This document shows, one piece after another, positions 51,148-63,815 of a DNA stretch of 64,000 nucleotides. The stretch is from Isurus oxyrinchus (Eukaryota). Numbering within the stretch: the first letter of the stretch is position 1; each line of letters opens with the position of its first letter. Where the stretch lies: assembly GCA_026770705.1 (NCBI GenBank), contig JANJGN010000126.1, forward strand, positions 496,001 to 560,000, in the 5' to 3' direction. A model generated the notes under the pieces. That model searched no databases. It was given only the letters and a program-made list of their open reading frames with translations, and was not told the DNA's origin. The position numbers and the translations under genes were made by a program.

Positions 51148-51979
51148 CTACAGGAATATAACCAAGGAAATTTAATTAAATTGTTAGAATCCGAGGGCAT
51201 CTTACTTTTTAAAATATATATTAAATCTATTGTATTTCCCTCAAACTATTGATTTGTCTTCTCATTAAATTTTCAGTGCATATCTGGTAATAAATTGGCG
51301 ACTCTCAGCAATCTCTGCCTGTCACTAACCCCACAGCTGTTCTCACTTTACTCATCCTGCCCGTTTTGGAAAAAAAACTGTCTTTTCCCCCTTCGGTACC
51401 AGTTCATTTTGGATCAATTTCGTGCAGCCTATCATTGGATTATATTATGCAGTAAATTGCAGGACGTTTAATTATTGATAACAATTATTTTAATGGTAGG
51501 TACTGATCGCTATTAATTCTGAGATTCTTAACTCAGTAAATTTTCAACTTGTTTATTTATTTGTGGTAGTAATGTTTGGCACATAGTTAACTTAAATCAG
51601 TTTATAATTCAGAACATTGCTTCAGTGTGTTTCCTGGGTCTTTATGTGCTCCCAGAAATTTTTGGAAGATGTGCCCGCTAAAAAAGGACTCTTGAAATAG
51701 ACTTCTGTCCGGCATTTGTTTTTTTTTTAAATATATATTTGCGTATAGCGTGCAGGGGTGTCTCGTTCTCTGCGTTTAACTGTGTTTGTGTGCCATGTTG
51801 TATGAATGCTGATGTGTATGTTGATGTGGAATCAATGTTGATATGCTTATTTATGTGTGGCGCACCTGTGTATGTTTGTTTGTTCGTTTGTAAATGTTTG
51901 TGTATCAGTGTGCCTGTTTATGCGTTGATGTTTATGTTCACTTATTAATGCCTGTGTCAAAAAGTTTGTTTACGTCCAT

Positions 51980-53150
51980 AAAAGCAAAATACTGTGGATG
52001 CTGCAAATCTGAAACAAAAACAAGAATAGCTGCAAAAACTCAGCAGGTCTGACATCATCTGTGGAGGGGAATAGAGTTAATGTTACGAGTCCGGATGACT
52101 CTTCATCAGAACTGAGGAAAAATAGAAATGAGGTGAAATATAAGCTGGTTGAGGGGGGTGGGATAGGTAGAGCTGGATAGCAGGCCCATGATAGGTGGCG
52201 GCAAAGAAGAGGTTTTCAATGATGTCAACGAGTAAAGGATAAAAGGGTGTTGATGGTGGTAATGTGATGGGGTTGCAGTGGGGGGAATAGAGCGAAATAG
52301 GCTAAAAGGTGAAGAAAAAATGAATGGAAATAAATTTAAAAATAATTGAAATAGGTGGGAAAAGGAAAATATATTTAAAAAATCATATTTTAAAATTATA
52401 ATTTTTTGGAAATAGGGGATCGGAAAGGGGGTGGGGATGGAGGAGAAAATTGATGATCTGAAGTTGTTGAAATCAATGTTAAGTCTGGAAGTCGGTAAAG
52501 TGCCTAATCAGAAGATGAGGTGCTGTTCCTTCAGTTTGCGTTGACCTCCCCAGAGCATTGCAGCAGGCCAAGGACGGACATGTGGGCATGAAAGCAGGGT
52601 GGTGTGTTGAAATGGCAAGTGACCAGGAGGTCTGAGTCATGCTTGGGGACAGACCGGTGTCTGCGCACAGTCTAATATTTGCAATACTTTATAATTTAAA
52701 AAAATATTTTTTAATATGTTTTTCTTTTTCCATCTATTTCTAATATTTTTAATTTAATTTCCACTCATTGTTTTACCTCCACCTTTTAGCCTATTTCGAT
52801 CCCTTTCCCCCACCACAGTCCCACGGAGGCTATCTGTCATTTGCTCGTCCTGCTTTCTACCCTTAATGTCACCATTAGCATGTTCCTTTGCTAACATCAC
52901 CACCGTTAACATTCATTTGTCCTTTTGCCTATGACATCTTTGGCAATCTCTTCTTTGCCTCCACCTATCACTGGCGCTCTATCCAGCTCTACCTGTCCCA
53001 ACCCCTTCAACCAGTTTATATTTCACCTCATTTCTATTTTTCCTTAATTCTGATGAAGATTCATGTGGACTCGAAACGTTAACTGTGATCCTCTCTGCAG
53101 ATGCTGTCAGACCTGTGGAGTTTTCCAGCTATTTTTGCGTTTGTTTCCGT
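51980..53150. mobile_element. Penelope-like element with inverted ends and a GIY-YIG C-terminal remnant
   Basis: 52020-52400 is reverse-complementary to 52690-53145; minus strand 52450-52610 encodes HMSVLGLLQCSGE..EQHLIF*LGTL..LNIDFNNFR; splits a TG-rich tract. Confidence 0.8.
53046..53085 (+). ncRNA. Minimal hammerhead ribozyme-like motif
   Basis: CTGATGA-a-GATTC-atgtg-GACTC-GAAA-CGTTAAC; mirror copy on the minus strand near 52075-52112 has GAAA changed to GTAA. Confidence 0.55.
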
Positions 53151-53159
53151 CCTTGCTTG

Positions 53160-53700
53160 TTAATGTATCTGTTATTATGACTTTTTAGGTTCTCTGTTTG
53201 CTATGTTAATAATTTTGCCTGCATGAGCGTGTGAATATGTTACGGCGTGCCTTTATGTGTTGATGGATGTTTATAACTATGTGTTTATGCCTGTTTAGTT
53301 GTCCATGTGTACTAAAATGTGTGTTTCTATGTGTTTGTGTTATTGTGGGTGTGTGAATATATTCATCTTCGTTTCTTGTTCGTGTTTGTGAAAATGCTAT
53401 TGCCTGTTCATCTAAGTGCCCGTGTGTCAATTTGTTAATGTGTGTATGGAAATGCCTATGTATTTGCATTACTGTGCATGATAGTGTGTCTTTAGATCTA
53501 TATTTTTTGTTCGTTGAAGCATAGTAATGAACATATTCATGTACATGTTTACTTGTCCTGCATGAGTCTGCTTGTGGGGTTGTGTATATCTGCATTTGTA
53601 TCTGTTGTGTATATGTGTGTGTGTGTGTGTGTATGTGTGTGTGCACACACACATTTGCATTTGTGTGACTGTGAGGCCATGTGTTTGAGAGAGTATGAAA
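53160..53700. repeat. TG-rich low-complexity tract with (GT)n; continuation of 51730-51960
   Basis: Direct reading. Confidence 0.8.
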
Positions 53701-54199
53701 TCTCTACAGCTGACAAAAGTTTTAATTCTTGAAGCAAACACCGCGAACTTGAACCAAATTTTGATCACAAATATATTTTTGCACTCCATCTTTTTCTAAA
53801 CTCTCAACTGAGCTCTAGATATCTTCACATAAACATGACACACATGGTCTGTTACCGTGTAGAATGGCAAAATAATTATCCGTTAATTCCAAAACTTTCC
53901 TTAATTCTGGTAAACCACGTAAATAGCTTTTAATTCATTGGAATAACTACAGACGTCCTGTTCCTGTTCCGTAGCTTATTAAGACCACCTGCAGTATGAA
54001 GGCCTTAACTTCCGGACTGTTAAATCTTAAGTCAACATGGCTCCAGCCTTCTAAGAATAATAAACTCCAAGGCTGTTTGCATTGCATTAAATTTAGGGCT
54101 GCATTTGCCAGTTTCGTCACCAGATGTACCCACTGCCATCAGTTAATTTCCAAAACTAAAGATTACATTGAAAAAAACACATCTGAACAATGACACTAA

Positions 54200-54890
54200 C
54201 GTAACAAAAGGTCAATTTCAGGCCGTAGGATCGGGTAAAAAGTCACTATTAAACTGGGATATCAGTCACAAGGTCATTGTCAGCCAGAGCCTCAAATAAG
54301 TGATCAAGGTTAAATTGGGACATCCGGTACAAAGTCACTGTTAGATTCAATTATCAGTTAAAATGTCACTGCTGGACTGGACTATCAAGTACATGGCCAA
54401 TGTTAGATCGTGATATCAGTTACAAGGCCACTATTAGGCTGGATTATCAGTTACAGGGTGGCGATTAGAACAGACTGCTGGTACAAGGTAAATTGTGGAT
54501 CGGGACATTGATTACAAGGTCACTGTTAGATCGGAGTGTCGGATACAAGGCCAGCAGAACATCAGGTTTCAATCCCATGGTAACCGTTTGATGACAGTAT
54601 CTGTAAAACACCCACTGCTGGATTTCGGTAACATTTAAACGAGCACTGTGCGACTAGGTATCAGTTACGTGATCACTGTAAGTCTGTGGTGTCAGGCACA
54701 AGGTCATTTTAGATTGTCCGTTTTCTACATGGGCACTAATATTCCATGCATTTCAATTACATGGTTTTTGTTACACCGGGGTATCATTTGCAAGGCCAGT
54801 TTTCAAGTTAAACTGTTTTATCATTTCCATAATAAGTGTCACTCGGAGGTATCACTTATACATTTAGTGTTAGACCAGACATAAGTTTCA
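54200..54890. repeat. 31-bp minisatellite, about 20 degenerate units
   Basis: tatc anchors at 54352, 54383, 54414 and 54445; consensus approximately tatcagttacaaggtcactgttagatcggga. Confidence 0.85.
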
Positions 54891-55292
54891 AATTATCAGT
54901 TCACTTTTTACTTTCTGATCGCGGGATGATCATCAACCATACATCCTTTAGGACTGTTACTGCTTCTGACCATCCCCTGGGACTTGTGTTATGTTCATCG
55001 CCTGAGAAATGAATTGATAACGCGAAATTGCTGGGCAGAATTTTTATCACCAAAACAATCAGAACTCTGGATTTGAATCTATTTATTTCTCAAGGTGTGC
55101 TGAAAGCCTGCAAGATTCCATAATCTGTTTCTCACGAAAGTGGCTGACGTCATGTGCTTGCTTTGAATGAATTATCTTTACAGGAATGCCATGTTGTTTT
55201 TATTATATTTTTCCATAGAAATTGATGGAATGAAAGGGTTAAGGCATCTTGTTGGTTAAGTGACTGTACTTAATGTCAGCCAGTGTATGGTT

Positions 55293-55330
55293 AAATTGAA
55301 TCACTGGAGACTCTTCTCTGCCTATATCTA
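55293..55330 (+). promoter_or_regulatory. Gene D promoter remnant: degenerate homeodomain and O/E-like sites, TATA-like box
   Basis: AAATTG-aa-TCACTGGAGA-12 nt-TATATC. Confidence 0.4.
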
Positions 55331-56959
55331 GGCAATGTGTTCACTGTGTATATCAGTGCTTGGAAGAGTATAGTGGCCCCCAATATTAAAGGCGATCATT
55401 AGATCTCACAGAAAATGAGATCATGTTTTGGAATATTCCAGCTGAACGTCGGATCCTGTGGGTAATTTATAATTTACAAAGGATTTACTAACCACTCCTC
55501 GCTGCTGTTAGTATTCCTGGTGAGTGATTATTTTAGAAATGTATTTTACAAAACATCTTTCACTGTGTTTGCTGTCCTTGTGCTTTATACGAGCTAATTA
55601 ATTTATTCTTTGGTATTTTTGCGTCGTGTGGCATGTAATTCCCTACGTTTCTGTCAAGTAGCATTTCACCAGTTGTCGATTCCCTGTTCGCTGTTCCATG
55701 GACCGTTTTTATATCTCACGACTTGCTTCAATTGATTTTTTTCTGCATAATTTGGCTGGTTGAATATTTTACGCAATAAATATTAGCGATGAATTATAAA
55801 TATTGAACAGCTGCAGTCTGCTCTCTGAACTGAAACCCAATATCACAGACGAAATATATTTTGCAGGTATTGGTTTTGCGGTCTGATGGAGGTTGTAATT
55901 TGCACTGATCTGTGGCAATCAGAGCAGGCAGGAACAAGAGAGAATCTCCAAGAATGATTCAGCTCCAAGCAACTTGTATTCCACCATTTCCCGCTTTGCC
56001 TAACAGTCACAAAATCTATATTTTTAGGACAGGGTATAAAATGTAATAATTGTTCAACAATACTTGCTCCCCTCACCAACAATTGGCTCCGTTCCCATTT
56101 CTGTCAACAGACCTAATTTCCTTCCCTTGTCTCTGCATTACTTTATTCAGAGCTGTAAGTCATTATCCCCCTCCCACAGGTTTTTATTTTCAAAATATGT
56201 TCTTGGGACATGGATGCTTGTGACAAAGTTCCATTTATTACCCAGCCAGAGGTGAGCTGAGAAGTTGTTGCTGGGTCTTCTTGCTGAGCTGAACTATTCC
56301 CTCTGCTGACGGTGCTCCTACCTGGTATTACGGAATTCCAGAACTCTGATGAAGGGAGAGGTTATTGGTCCAAGTCAGGATGGTGCGTTAGAGAAGGTGA
56401 ATCTTGCGGCATTGCACACCTTCTGCTTGTTGCTGTGCTGGTACGTGCTGTCGAAGTAGGCCGGGTGTTTTGTTGTTGTTGATTATGTAGAGATTCTCCC
56501 TGCATCCACAAAGGTGGAAGCGGTGAAATATCGAGTTTAATGATGAACGGTCACTGATGGAAAATCTATTCCATTTTTGAAGGTGATTCTGCTTATTGTG
56601 TGTTGATTTGATACCCATTCCGATGAGTAGTGAGCATTCCATCATTTTTCATGCGTGAGATTTCAAAGCTTTTGTTTGGTTTGGTGGGAGGCGTGCTGTG
56701 GGTGTTGGGCTGGGGGGTGGCTGCTAGTGGGGACTAGTTCAGCGCACTCCCACCAAACTGCTGAACACCGAACTTCTTCAACATGTTCCTCAGTTGCTGA
56801 TACAGTTAATAGTTCCATCTGCTTAGCCACTGTTCTTCTCCTGCTCCAATCTGTAGCCATCACCTCTGCTCTTGTAAATAAACAACCCCTGATGCCTCAG
56901 TCCTTGTAAGCAAACACTCCATCTCTAAGCTCTCTTTCCTCTGCAAATTCCTTGTCCCT

Positions 56960-57160
56960 GCTGCTACCCCCCACGTTTCTGCGCCACCTTCCAGGGACAC
57001 CATGCTTAAATCCTTCTAACCATTTTTCTCCCTTATTACAACTCTTACACCGTCCTTAGTAAAGGCACAAATTCTATCTTATGTGACTATGCTAATGTCA
57101 AAACCCCTCTCCTTCCTCTTCTCGACATGTCTGCAGCCTTTGGCATGGGTGGCCACAGTG
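56960..57160 (+). mobile_element. L2 RT fragment
   Basis: Degenerate LVK.TN.ILCD..LL.LLDMSAAF..V.H motif. Confidence 0.6.
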
Positions 57161-58254
57161 AAATATTAAGACTTTCATGTTCTGAATTACCTCCTAAATC
57201 TGTTGTCCTCGCTACAAACGTATCATCCTTTAAGATAATTCTTAACATGTGTTCTTTTTTGTTATTCCCCCTTCGCCAGCCTTCTTTGACCTGGTCTCCA
57301 TTTCCCTTTTGTGTAATTTCCCTCTATCTGAAGCTGGTGTCTGCAGTTCATTGCGGTGAATTTGATTCTGATTGCATCATTAACCTGGATCGCCCGATGC
57401 CAACAGTGGTAAATATTGAAATATCTGCCGCTCTGCACATCAGGACCAATCGGAAATCTTGATCCAGGAGCATACATGGTAATTATCTGCGAACTTTAAA
57501 CTTCTGATGGGCATAGCTGTACTACCCGGGCCCCTCTAACAATGACCCCAAAACTGACGTCAGTTTTGGACTCTTGTGCCTGCTGTGTGACACATGCTTG
57601 CCCTAGAATTTTCCCGGTGTTAATTTCTAGCATGTGTCAGTGAATAACTGTGGGGCGCAGCCCATGCACGCCCAACCCCCATGCACAGACCTCCCACATT
57701 CAACCCACACAAAAAAAACCACATCACCCCCCAACTACTGACCCCAGAATGCGCAATCTGACCCGATTGCCTTCCCCTCGACCCACTTGCACACCTCTCA
57801 CTAGCCATCGCCCATCCATTCGCTCCCAACCGACTGCAAAGCACGTTAACTACTCGCCCATCCCCAAAACAACTACTAACCACCCCGACATCGTCGCACC
57901 TCATGCACACCTCATCTCCCCCACCCCACTACGTGGGCAAGAAAAACAAGCTGCAAGGGTGGAAAAAAATAGGGCTTTAATTATATTTACAATCAGTGCT
58001 GATCATCCGAGTATCACCACCAAATGGGAGGCCAGGACCATTAACTTTATGAATTATCTTTCATGTTAATTTACACACACATCACTGTCCTGTGTTAATA
58101 TTGCACAATAATCTTTAGTTTCCCTGAGATAGTAACACACACGAGTGGCATTCTATCCTCATCCAGCGTTTCAACAGGTGAGACACCAGTAAATAATTGT
58201 AAATTTTCATAACTTGAGTGCTCAGGTACACAGACTAGAGAAAGCTAACATGCA

Positions 58255-59470
58255 ATATATTTTATTATTATCCAATCATGTGAAATGGGCTTCGTTGGCT
58301 GGACCAACATTTATTACATATCACTAGTTGCCCTTGAAAAGGCGGTGGTGATCTGCCTTCTTGAACTGCTACAGTCCATGTGGTGTATGTGCACACAAAG
58401 TGCTGTTCGGAAGGGATTTCCAGGATTTTGGCCCAGCGATAGTGAAGGAATGGCGATATAATTCCAAGTCAGGAAGGCGAGTGATTTGGAGGGGAACACC
58501 AATCTGGCGGTGTTCACATCTGTCTGCTGATTGTGTCCTTCTAGATGGCAGTGGTCAGGGTTTGAAATGTGCAGCCGAAGGAGCCTTGGTGATTTCCTGC
58601 AGTTCATCTTGTAGATGGTACACACTGTTGCGACTGTGCGATGGTGGTGGAAGGAGTGAATGTTTTTGGGTGTGCTGCCAATCCAACGATTGCCCTGAAT
58701 TGTGTCAAGCTTCTTGAGTGCTTTGGATGCTGCACCCATTCAATCTAGCGAGGAGCATTCCACCACACTCCTGACTTGTGCCTTGCAGATGGTGGACAGG
58801 CTGTGGAAAATCAGGAGGTGAGTTATGCATCGCACTATTCCTAGCCTCTGACCTGCTCATGTAGCCATAGTATTTAGATGGGTCGTTCACTTCCGTTTCT
58901 GGTCAATGGTAAACCCCAGGGTTTGATACTGGGGATTCATTGATGGGAATGCCATTGAATGACAAAGGGCGATGATTGGGTTCTCCTTTGTTGGAGATGG
59001 ACATTGCCCGACAATTGAGCGGTGTACAAATTACTTGCCACTTGTCCGTGCAAGCTTTTGTATTGTCCAGGTCTTGCTGCATTTGGGCATGGGCTGCTTC
59101 AGTACCTGAGGAGTCGTTAATGTTACTTAACATTGTGCAGTCATCAGCGAACATCCACTTCTGACCATATGATGGAAGGAAGGTCATTGATGAAGCAGCT
59201 GAACATGATGGACCGAGAACACTACCCTAAAGAAAACCTACAGTGAATTGCTAGAACTGAGATGACAGACCTCCGACAACCACAACCATCTCCCGTTGTG
59301 CTAGGTGTGGTTAGAAGCAGCAGATATTTCCCCCCTGATTCCCATTGACTCGCGGTTTGCTAGGGCCCCTTGATGCTACACTCTGCCAAATGCTGCCTTA
59401 ATGTCAAGGGCAGGCACTCTCATCTCCCCTCGGGAGTTCAGCTCTTTTGTCCATGTTTGAAACAAAGCTG
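58255..59470 (-). mobile_element. L2-like LINE (RT to 3' end) in the gene D intron
   Basis: MFADDCT..QQDLDN..DKWQV; KKLDTIQ..HSFHHHRTVATVCTIYKMNC. Confidence 0.88.
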
Positions 59471-59489
59471 TAATGAGGATAGGATACAA

Positions 59490-60075
59490 TATTGCAGCAA
59501 GTGATTAGGATAATAAATGGCAGTGATCCCTGTCTTCGAGTAAGGAACCTGTTCATAGAATTATGCATGTGATTGTTGAGAAACGATATGGATTAATGTT
59601 TACAGTTTCGGCCTCCTTGCCTACTGAACAATATACGTATCTAATCAATCAATCAATCAATCAATTTAGACGTGCATTTTCTTTAAGTTAGAGGATGGGT
59701 GATTATCTCATCGAGTCATAGAAAATTATTTGGTCTCCTCATTGGGTAAACGCTGAGAGAATGTTTTCCTTAGCTGGGGAGTCTAGAACTCGAGCCCATA
59801 GCCTGAGAATAAGCTGTTGGCCATTTAGGATTGAGATGGGGAGAATCTTGTTCTCTCAGAAAGTGGAGAATCTTTGGCATTATCAAATCTATACGGCTGT
59901 TGGTTTCGATACAGTCAAGAAAGTGGTCGACAGATCTTTGGGCTCTAAGGCCATCAATGTAAATGAGGACAGTGTTGAAAAGTAGAGGTCGAAAAAAGAC
60001 CATAGGCTTAGTCCACATTAGACTTGGCCGTAGGGAACAATTGGCTTGCTCTTGCTCCTAGTTCCTGCATTCCTA
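59490..60075 (+). mobile_element. CR1 3' fragment containing (AATC)n
   Basis: MFSLAGESRTRAHSLRI..FSQKVENLW. Confidence 0.75.
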
Positions 60076-62609
60076 TGTAACAACCACAAATCCCAACCAC
60101 TGGCCCATTTAGTTCCTGGTCCAAAACACGCACATCCGATCCATTGGTAAAATCTGTCCTGCTTACCAACCTGAATTTGGGATGCTGTCACTCTCTGCTG
60201 CTCCTTTCTGTTGGCCAGTATCCAGTTCTGATTCAATCTCTAATTTATTTTCTTCACTTTAGCGATCCATTTACCTAACCTGTTCGTTTGTTCTTTTCGA
60301 GAGTGTGTGTGTTACTGGGATACAGTCTCAGGGTTCATTGTGGCTTTTGGGAGAGCAATAATTATCAGGAAGACACATTCGGATATCCTGATTTGAAAGA
60401 CAATTTATGAATGAATTCAAATCTGTATTTACTTCTTTACACAGCCTTATTATTCCACTCAGCTGTCTTGTCAAATAAAAAATGAACCATTTTCCTTCAG
60501 TACAAATCATAGCCCATCCTATAAATGATTTTCCAATGTTCGTGCGTGCAGTTTGGAGCATGTTCATGGGATATTGAGCAGGACTAGTAATGGGGTGAGT
60601 GATTTTCACTCCGAACCCCATGAGTAAGGTCAGGAAATGATGCTGGGACCTGCTGCTGCATTTGGTTTCCTGTTACAACAGGATGGTGTTTAACTTGAAA
60701 CCCGCCCTCCAGCGGAAAGTTCAAACACTGGTATAGCAATTAGATTCTGACCTTGGATAACTCTTCAAATTTCAGTCTGCAAAAGTTGCTCTAAGTTAAT
60801 CAATAAATTTCCTGTCTTTCTCTTCCTTACAGTGAACTTACTGACTATTGTGACCCGGTCTCGGGGAAGGTGCGGTCTGTCAAAAAGTGTTTCCCGTTAC
60901 CTGGTGTCCATGGCAACTGCGGATCTACTCGTCGTTATCCTTGATCTCATATTCAGGCAAATTGCTATTCGTTACTGGGCTCAGTTTCAGTTCATATGGA
61001 GGATTACAGTGTGTAATATCCATGCAGTCCTGCTTTATGCAGCCACAGATTGTTCTGTCTGGTTCACAGATTCTTTCCCCTTGGATAGATTTCTGGATAA
61101 TTATTCCCACAAGTTGAAAACAAATTATTGCACCGAGCATACGGCGGCTGTGGTTCTCAGAACAGTCAGTCTGCTGTTCTGTGTGGAAAGCACTTGCTGG
61201 TACTTTATGTATGAAGGTCAGTATGCAATTTCCAACGCTCCTTGGTTTTGCACATTAGTGACTGGTGCTGATCTTTCGTCAATGTGGGCAGCAATCGAAT
61301 TTTTTCATTATATTTTAACTCTATTTGCACCATTTGTTTTTATTTTGGTGTTGAATGCTTTAACTGTCAGATATATTTTAGTGTCGAGCAGAGGCCGCAG
61401 GAGACTCTGGGTTCACTGCAGTGGGGAGAATGCCAGTGACCCAGAGATGGAGAAACGCAGGAAATCCATCATTTTACTGTTTCCTAGATCGGGGAATTTT
61501 ATCCTGTTGTGGGCAATCTTTATGATCTATTCTGCTTGTAATAGGCTATATTAGTTAGATGCTATTCCTGAAAATCTTCCTAAATTTGTGCACGAACTGG
61601 GGTTTATGTTTCAGCTCCTGAGTTGTTGCACCAACACGGCTATTTATGCAGTGACCTAGACTCAATTCAGAAAGGAGCTGAAGAATGTCGTGAAATATCC
61701 CTTTTCTGTAATTGTTAAATTTATTAAACAGTGAGAAGAATTTCCATTTTCAATATGAGTTTAACCTGTTTGTTTCCCAATCTCTTCATCTCGGTGATGA
61801 GCACAGGGTGAGGCTGGTTTCCATCTTTCACCGCCAGGATTCAGTGACTAACAGAAACGCTGCATTTGGGAAGTAATTTACCTCAGTCCTGTTTGTCCTG
61901 CTGGTTTTCCGTCTGTTGCAACTGTCCGGTTCGCCTTGGGACTGGTTTGTGAAATTCCCACCCACCAGGCTCGAGTTTCATGTCATTGCACAAAGGGGGC
62001 TTTGAGGACAAGGTCAATCGGGCAGGTTACAGTCCAGGGGCGGACATGCAGCATTGTCTCCACTATCCCAGGGAAACCTTGTTCAAAACATTTCGGACTA
62101 ACCTGCAGATGGCAGGGTGGTTTTCAGAGGTTCAAAGGTCAGTGATTTCAGCTTTTCAAAATCTTTCTGTGATTTTATTCCAGTATTTATTCCAGTCCCA
62201 GAACCTCAGAGTGGGGAGTCTCCTCGTTTCAAGTAAAGGTTTATTTCCACTGCACAAGTTATGTCTCAGTGAAATTCGTCAATTTAAATGTCCCCCTGAA
62301 CACATCCGGAAAAAGTATGTTCAGGAGAGGAGAGTTAGGGGGGGGGGGGGGGGGGGTGGAATGTGCTCAGAACTGAAATAAAAAAGTGAAATGTGGGAAT
62401 AATCAGCAGCCCTCGCTACCTTTGTGTAGAGAGAAACAGACTAAAGCTTTAAGGGCTTCCATCAGTGTTGTGACACCCTTAGGTGATGCAAAGGCTTCCT
62501 CCTTCTGCAGCAGTAACTGAAGCATGTCATTTCAAAGTGTGGGGTGTGGGGTGAGGGGGGCTGGCGGGCTAAGTGGGAGTTTATTTTGGTGGGGGTGGCG
62601 GTGGCGGGG

Positions 62610-63100
62610 GAAAGTATAGAGTGAAATGTCAAACTTTGTCAGCATGTGGTCAGTGGGGTACCACAAGGATCACTACTTGAGAGCCAGCTGTTCACAACAT
62701 ATCAATGATTTGGATGTGAGCGCCAAATGTAATATTTCCAAGTTCGAGGATGACACAAAGCTTGGTGGGAACCTATGTTGTCAGGAAGATGAAAAGCGGT
62801 TTCAAGGCGATTTGGACAGACGTAGTTGGGGGGACAGAACAGGAAGGATGGAATTTAATGTAGAAAAATGCGAGGGTATTCAGTTTGGTAGGATCAACAG
62901 ATGTGCAGATTATTTCTTAAAATGTGAGAGCCGACAAAATGTAACTGTACAAAGGGGCCTGGGTGCCCTCATCAATAAGTCTCTGAAACATGACATACAT
63001 GTGAAGCAATTAGGAAGGCGAATAGAATGTTAGCTTTTCTCACAAGTGTATTTGGATACAGGAGTAGCGAGGTCTCATTTCACTTATATATAATCGAGTC
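62610..63100 (+). mobile_element. CR1 RT fragment
   Basis: INDLDV..CNISKFEDDTKLGG..QGDLDR..MEFNVEKCE. Confidence 0.88.
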
Positions 63101-63129
63101 AAATTATCTAAAATTCTTCAGCTGGAATA

Positions 63130-63815
63130 ATTGCATCACGTGTCATAAATGCATCATCAGCATCCTGGAGATTGCCATCGACCAGAAACCAAAGTGGGCT
63201 AGCCTTATTGTGGCCACAACACCAGGTCAGAGAAGCTGGGAATTGTGCGAAAGGGTAACTCACTCCCTGACTCTCCAAAGCCAGTCCACCATCTAAAGGC
63301 ACATATCAGGATTGTAATGGAATACTATCCTCTTGCCTGGATGAATGCACCTTCTAAACACAACAACAAGAAGCTTGCCACGAAAGCATCCCATTTGATC
63401 GGCACCCCTTCCACAAATATTCACTCCCTCCACCACCGACGCACAGTGGCAGCAGTGTGTATCATCTGCAAGATGCATTGCAGGAATTCATCAAGGCTCT
63501 TTTGACAGCACGTTCCAAACCCATGACCACTGCCATTTAGAAGAACAAGGGCAGCAGACACATGGGAACACCACCACCTGGAAGTTCCCCTCCAAGTAAG
63601 TTAGCATCCTGACTTGGAAATATATTGTCGTTCCTCACCTTCACTGGGTAAAAATCCTGAACTCCCTCCCTAACAACACTGTGAGTGTACCTGCACCACA
63701 TGGACTGCAGCGGCTCAAGAAGGCAGCTCATTACCACCTTCCCAGGGGCAACCAGGGAAGGGCAATAAATTCTGGCGCAGCCAGTGATGCCCACCTCCTG
63801 TGAAATGAATTAAAC
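63130..63815 (+). mobile_element. L2-like LINE 3' portion
   Basis: MEYYPLAWM..HSLHHRRTVAAVCIICKMHC; tail 'gggcaataaat..gccagtgatgcccac'. Confidence 0.88.

Larger units (their letters stand above)
55423..61734 (+). pseudogene. GPCR gene D, divergent GPR139/142-like pseudogene (exons 55423-55519 and 60833-61734)
   Basis: Exon 1 MFWNIPAERRILWVIYNLQRIY*PLLAAVSIP, G|GTGAGT (TAA 55489); acceptor ttacAG|TG; in-frame TAG at 61552 and 61657; ends ..VKFIKQ TGA. Confidence 0.85.

Noticed and set aside
53206-53789. His/Thr- or Cys/Val-rich ORFs
   Set aside because: Translation of (GT)n/TG-rich low-complexity DNA
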